Source: Nitrospiraceae bacterium (GTDB lineage: Bacteria; Nitrospirota; Nitrospiria; Nitrospirales; UBA2166). From it: DNA of 64,000 nucleotides. The notes below the pieces were generated by a model, which was not told where the DNA came from, did no database searches, and was given only the letters and a program-made list of their open reading frames with translations. The stretch spans positions 66,088 through 130,087 of the forward strand of contig PBSN01000008.1 of the NCBI GenBank assembly GCA_002726235.1, written 5' to 3'. Of this stretch, positions 59,591-64,000 are shown piece after piece (within the stretch, counting starts at the first letter, position 1; every line of letters begins with the position of its first letter). Both the position numbers and the translations under genes were made by a program.

Positions 59591-61723
59591 TCAGAATGCT
59601 GGCGTATGTTCCAGTTTTCGCCACTTATTAAAGTAGAATTGGATGGCTCCATGCTTGAGCGGATAGATTTTTTTATAGCGCTCGGTTCCATCAGGCTGGG
59701 GCTCCACGATTACGATCTTTTTGTCGAGAATGCGAGTCCCCTTACTCGCATAGAGGAATGTATATGGCTGATCTTCGTGAATAATTTTGTGTAGTTTATG
59801 TGTCAATGTGCGCTGTTGGACACGATCATATTCTTGTCGAATGCGGACGATCAGTTTATCAACTTGTGGGTTGTTGTATCCGACAAAATTTAGCTGTTGA
59901 GGACCGGCTTGGGACGAATGCCATATTTGATAAAGGTCTGGGTCGATACCCATACTCCATCCAAGTACTGTCGCATCAAAATCTCCGGTATTAATAAAGT
60001 CTTTGAGAAATACCGCCCACTCAAAGTATTGCGTATTACATTTGATTCCGATTTTCTTCCAAGCGTTTTGCGCGATCGACATAATGTTTTTGCGAATAGA
60101 ATTGCCGCTATTTGTGACCATGTTAAATTCGAAAATATTTCCATCTTTTTCGAGCCACCCCTCAGTATTTTTTTCCCACCCGAGGGATGCAAGTAGTGTG
60201 CGTGCACCCTCTGGATCGTAGGGAACTGGCTGAATTGACTCGTCATACCACTCTGTGATTTTGGGAAAGGGCCCGGTTACTCGCTCCGCCTCGTTGTACA
60301 TAATATATTCGATAATCTCATCGACATTAATGGCCATGCTCATTGCTCGACGGACTTGAGGGTTGGCAAAGAGTGGTTTGCGGTTGTTGTACCCGATATA
60401 GACGTAGCCGAATCCAAGGTTCGAGAAGTTTTGATATCTGTCGTCCTCACGATAGCGTGCGACTTGGTGTGGGAGGGTAGAGTAAAAGTCAATTGCGCCT
60501 GTTCGAAACTCGACTTCTTGTATTAGACTATCTGGGATAATTCGAACGATATACTGCTCGTATTCTGGCGCACCCTCCCAGTAGTCCTCGTTTCGATCAA
60601 GCTTGATAAACTGGTCGCCCTGCCATTCGACAAAACGAAACGGTCCAACTCCGATCGGATTACGATTGAACGTGCTATCACGCATGCCGAATGTTTCTCG
60701 CGTCACTTCTGAGAGGTTGCGCTCATCCATTTCTTTTTGCATGGCGGTATCATTAAGGAGATGCTCTGGAAGGATACCCATCGTCCACGCCGAGATAGCA
60801 GGTGAGTACAGCCGTTTATAAATTATTTTTATGGTGTGGGAGTCAAGAATTTCAATGGCCTTGATGGGTTCGAAGTCTGAAGTCCGGGGCGAAATGTTTC
60901 TGGGGTTCATAATCGAGGCATAGGTAAATTTGACATCGGTAGCGTCGAACTCTTGTCCATCGTGGAATCGCACTCCTTGGCGAAGATGAAACAAAATCTC
61001 TGGATTATGCTCGGTAACATTGAGGAGTGATGGGAGTTGCGCTTTGACCTGCGCCACAATGTTGTCATCCACTGAATCTACATTGTTGAGGTACTTGTTG
61101 TGTCGAAAATGGGTACCGTATTGATTTCCGATGACCGGTGTTAAGCGATCGAAAAAGTCTTGATCAACTCGATTAAGCGTAAATGCAAGGCGTTCGGGGA
61201 TAGTGATTGATATCGCAACTGATGTCGTTTTCGGTTTATTCTTGCCATCCCGAGTTCGAACGTCGATAGTCGTGGTCTGCAATTCCGAAGGTATCCTGCG
61301 CATACCAAGTAAGATGCTATTCAACTCAGGAAAGGCTTTGGTGTCGAGCGCATACTGTATTCGTTGTTCAATACGTGCACTGGTTGCTGGCTTTCCATCA
61401 GGAAGTTGAGAGTCTGGGTCGACGAGTAAATAGGCCTGCTCTGTAATGGCCCAGTTGGTCGCCAGGCGGCCACGAAGTGCAAGGTTCTCATCTAGATCCA
61501 CTAGACCCTCGAAGACCATACCGACGATAGTGCTGCTTGCACTATCTGCATTCAAAATCGGGTTCAAAATCTTCGCATCACCACTTGAGGCTTCAATGTA
61601 TTTTAGAAGTCGTTTTGGGTTTCCCTTCGTCTGCGTCTCATAGGTGGGAACCCAGAAGTAAGACTGTAGCAAGAGAGCGGCTAGGAGCAGTGGAACGAGA
61701 ATCAGGAGGCGCTTAATCCACAT
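59591..61723 (-). CDS. oppA: Family 5 peptide-binding protein with large N-terminal insertion
   Basis: LNPIL, LRQGVRFHDG..F.A.DVKFT, PIGVGPF, VRRAMSMAIN. Confidence 0.88.
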   Translation of the reverse strand: MWIKRLLILVPLLLAALLLQSYFWVPTYETQTKGNPKRLLKYIEASSGDAKILNPILNADSASSTIVGMVFEGLVDLDENLALRGRLATNWAITEQAYLLVDPDSQLPDGKPATSARIEQRIQYALDTKAFPELNSILLGMRRIPSELQTTTIDVRTRDGKNKPKTTSVAISITIPERLAFTLNRVDQDFFDRLTPVIGNQYGTHFRHNKYLNNVDSVDDNIVAQVKAQLPSLLNVTEHNPEILFHLRQGVRFHDGQEFDATDVKFTYASIMNPRNISPRTSDFEPIKAIEILDSHTIKIIYKRLYSPAISAWTMGILPEHLLNDTAMQKEMDERNLSEVTRETFGMRDSTFNRNPIGVGPFRFVEWQGDQFIKLDRNEDYWEGAPEYEQYIVRIIPDSLIQEVEFRTGAIDFYSTLPHQVARYREDDRYQNFSNLGFGYVYIGYNNRKPLFANPQVRRAMSMAINVDEIIEYIMYNEAERVTGPFPKITEWYDESIQPVPYDPEGARTLLASLGWEKNTEGWLEKDGNIFEFNMVTNSGNSIRKNIMSIAQNAWKKIGIKCNTQYFEWAVFLKDFINTGDFDATVLGWSMGIDPDLYQIWHSSQAGPQQLNFVGYNNPQVDKLIVRIRQEYDRVQQRTLTHKLHKIIHEDQPYTFLYASKGTRILDKKIVIVEPQPDGTERYKKIYPLKHGAIQFYFNKWRKLEHTPAF

Positions 61724-61741
61724 GGTATACGTGGATGAGGT

Positions 61742-62173
61742 TTAGGCTGAAGGAGGGCCTTTGATATTCGGTTCGTAGAGGACTTGTATGGTATTGCCAT
61801 CGGGATCAGCGATGTAGAACGAATAACTTCCATCACGGTGTGTCTTCGGTGCCTTCGTGATTGGTATCTCACATTGTTCAATCCATCTCAGCATCTCGTC
61901 GACGGCTTCGGGGTTTTCCATGAGAAAGCCAAAGTGGTCCAGTGAGGTTGAGCTTGGTTGCGGGTATATCGTGGGGTGTTCTGCAATTTGATGTAAGGCC
62001 AAATTATCTGCACCAGAACTGAGGTAACTGTTCAATGGATCTGGCTCCCATACGGGATACATCCCGAAGACGCGCAGGTAAAATGCTTTTGATTGTTGAA
62101 TATCGCCCACACGAAGGGCAAGGTGTCTAATGCCGAGTGAATGTGGTGATTGTTTCACGGTGTTTTCAGCCAT
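61742..62173 (-). CDS. VOC/glyoxalase family protein
   Basis: IRHLAL.V, LDHFGF, FYIADPDGN. Confidence 0.88.
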   Translation of the reverse strand: MAENTVKQSPHSLGIRHLALRVGDIQQSKAFYLRVFGMYPVWEPDPLNSYLSSGADNLALHQIAEHPTIYPQPSSTSLDHFGFLMENPEAVDEMLRWIEQCEIPITKAPKTHRDGSYSFYIADPDGNTIQVLYEPNIKGPPSA

Positions 62174-62365
62174 CGCGAGTTCTGCCTATGGGGTTAAGAA
62201 ATGAGAGCAAAACTTATCACGAACCGATGTGACTGGGCAACGGACCCCGATAGATTCAACGAGGCGTTGTTTGGTTTGGTATTGGCCATTACGTATAGGG
62301 CTTTGAAGTTCGGCGAAGTCCCGTATAATTACGTTGGGAATACGAATACGAAATGGAGGGAAAGC

Positions 62366-63268
62366 ATGATTTTTAGATCATATCTGATTGGCGTCTTTCT
62401 TGTTGTGATCGTGATGCTGAGTTATCACCTAGTGTATGCCTTTGGCGATGAGGCGATGTTTCTCAAGGCTTCCTCTGGAACATTTAACCATCCGCACGAT
62501 CTAACCCTCGACCCGAGCAGTCAGTATCTGTACGTTGCAGATGTGGGGAGTCACGTGGTTAAGGTTCTCGATCCCTTTTCCCTCAAGATACTTGGTGTGA
62601 TTGGGAAGGGAGAGCTGTCGGCTCCGCACGATGTAGCCTTTGATCGTATGGGTCGATTGCTTGTGGCTGACAGTGGGAACGATCGGATTGTGATCTACAA
62701 GGTCAATGGTGTGAATGCGACATATGAGGGAGAGTTGAGTAGTAACTTGGGAAGCCCTGAGGGAGTCACGTCGGATTCGCGTGGCGTCATTTATGTGACC
62801 AATGCGCGATTGCACAACGTTGTAATGTTTAAAGATGGAAAGAGTATTGGTGTTCTCGGTTCTCATGGGGCAGGGGCGCGTCAGTTCGTTCGACCACACG
62901 ATATTGAGCTTTCCTACGATAGCCAACTCTATGTTGCCGATCCTGGGAATAATCGAATTCAAGTCGTGAGTCCGAGTCTTGACGTGCTCGGAACATTTGA
63001 GGGTGATAGGACGGATTTTCACGAACCAAAATATATCGCTATAGACGAAGGTAATTGGCTATACGTTGCGGATCAGTACAATCATCAAGTAAAGGTGTTC
63101 AATGAAGCTAGGAAGTATTTAGCAACGATAGGGACAGGCAAAGCTGGACAAGAGATTGATCAACTCAATGGGCCGGAAGGTGTTGAGGCACGTAGCGGGC
63201 AGATCTGGATTGCCGACACGCATAACGATCGGATTGTGTTGTATAAGTGGAAGATGTTCGAGCCATAA
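62366..63268 (+). CDS. Exported NHL-repeat beta-propeller protein
   Basis: Six P.D/G...YVAD.GN.RI repeats; GGAGG SD before ATG 62366; signal peptide. Confidence 0.85.
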   Translation: MIFRSYLIGVFLVVIVMLSYHLVYAFGDEAMFLKASSGTFNHPHDLTLDPSSQYLYVADVGSHVVKVLDPFSLKILGVIGKGELSAPHDVAFDRMGRLLVADSGNDRIVIYKVNGVNATYEGELSSNLGSPEGVTSDSRGVIYVTNARLHNVVMFKDGKSIGVLGSHGAGARQFVRPHDIELSYDSQLYVADPGNNRIQVVSPSLDVLGTFEGDRTDFHEPKYIAIDEGNWLYVADQYNHQVKVFNEARKYLATIGTGKAGQEIDQLNGPEGVEARSGQIWIADTHNDRIVLYKWKMFEP

Positions 63269-63384
63269 AAGATATTGGCGATTTGATATTACGCCCCGAT
63301 CGGCATGCCCGGGACAGAGTGTGTTATATTTCGCGGCAGACAATCAAACAACTGTATGCATTGATTTTTAGACATGTCTAAACG

Positions 63385-63582
63385 ATGAAAATTCATCTCT
63401 CTCAGCCTGATCGAACTCTCGAGCTTCAAGGTCCCAAACAGGTTAAGGCGATTCTGAAAAACCTTGATATTATTCCGGCGACTGTACTTGTCATTCGCGA
63501 CGGTGGGCTTCTTACCGAAGATGAGATGGTTCGTGATGTGGACAGCATTGAGATTCGATCGGTGATCTCCGGGGGCATATAG
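63385..63582 (+). CDS. ttuB: ThiS/MoaD-family sulfur carrier (TtuB-like), ending GG-I
   Basis: 65-aa beta-grasp pattern, IEIRSVISGG-I, directly upstream of ttuA. Confidence 0.78.
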   Translation: MKIHLSQPDRTLELQGPKQVKAILKNLDIIPATVLVIRDGGLLTEDEMVRDVDSIEIRSVISGGI

Positions 63583-64000
63583 ATGAAATGTCGTAAATGT
63601 TTAGACAAAGCGGTGTTGTCGATTCCCCGGCACAATACCGCGCTATGTGGTCCGTGTCTGACTGAGTATGCGCAAATTCAAGTGGAACGTGCGATCGGAC
63701 GAGAGAAAATGTGTACAAAGGAGAACAAAATTCTCGTTGCAGTATCTGGAGGGAAGGACAGTCTGGCATTATGGGATATTTTGCTGAAGTTGGGGTACTA
63801 CGTAGATGGACTGTATGTGAACTTAGGCATCGGTCAGTATTCGGTTCGATCACGGCAAAAAGTGGAAGCGTTTGCGGAGTTGCGTAACGCAATGTTGTTC
63901 ACAAAAGATGCCGCCAACGATGAGGGTATTGGCATTCGTGAGTTAGCCGATCTTGTGCGCCGTCCCACCTGTGCAGCGTGTGGGTGTATCAAACGCTACC
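63583..64000 (+). CDS. ttuA: tRNA 2-thiolation protein TtuA/Ncs6 family (runs off the window end)
   Basis: Manual translation: MKCRKC...CGPC zinc finger, AVSGGKDS PP-loop, CAACG. Confidence 0.85.
   Translation, partial: MKCRKCLDKAVLSIPRHNTALCGPCLTEYAQIQVERAIGREKMCTKENKILVAVSGGKDSLALWDILLKLGYYVDGLYVNLGIGQYSVRSRQKVEAFAELRNAMLFTKDAANDEGIGIRELADLVRRPTCAACGCIKRY

Overview
Bacterial chromosome segment of about 50% GC (by eye), with scattered N bases that suggest a consensus or MAG assembly. Gene content and order point to a Nitrospirota-like organism (inference). Mostly housekeeping and envelope genes: a minus-strand isoprenoid/hopanoid cluster (crp-shc-decayed hpnG-MMPL-MlaC-Omp85-dxs-ispG), smc, an arsM-arsR-pstSCAB operon, tRNA-Arg and tRNA-Lys, aroC, a three-gene putative sphingolipid module, uppS-cdsA-dxr-rseP, an accessory TPR/RecB-like nuclease/TfoX block, MFS-dcd-mlaA, def-fmt-htpX-rpe with archaeal-type pheST, dat, an opp/dpp ABC transporter and ttuB-ttuA. 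The main candidate for an undescribed system is an NtrY-like histidine kinase whose partner receiver domain is fused directly to LpxC, suggesting phosphorylation control of the committed step of lipid A synthesis. An AT-rich B12-radical SAM gene has split this pair and is flanked by a decayed duplication of roughly 240-300 bp. Also notable: an EDPF(D/E)DPFA motif shared by the MMPL transporter and MlaA, and a probable group II intron 5' remnant. No CRISPR array, rRNA, integrase or transposase was seen. All calls come from motif recognition by eye; no searches were run.
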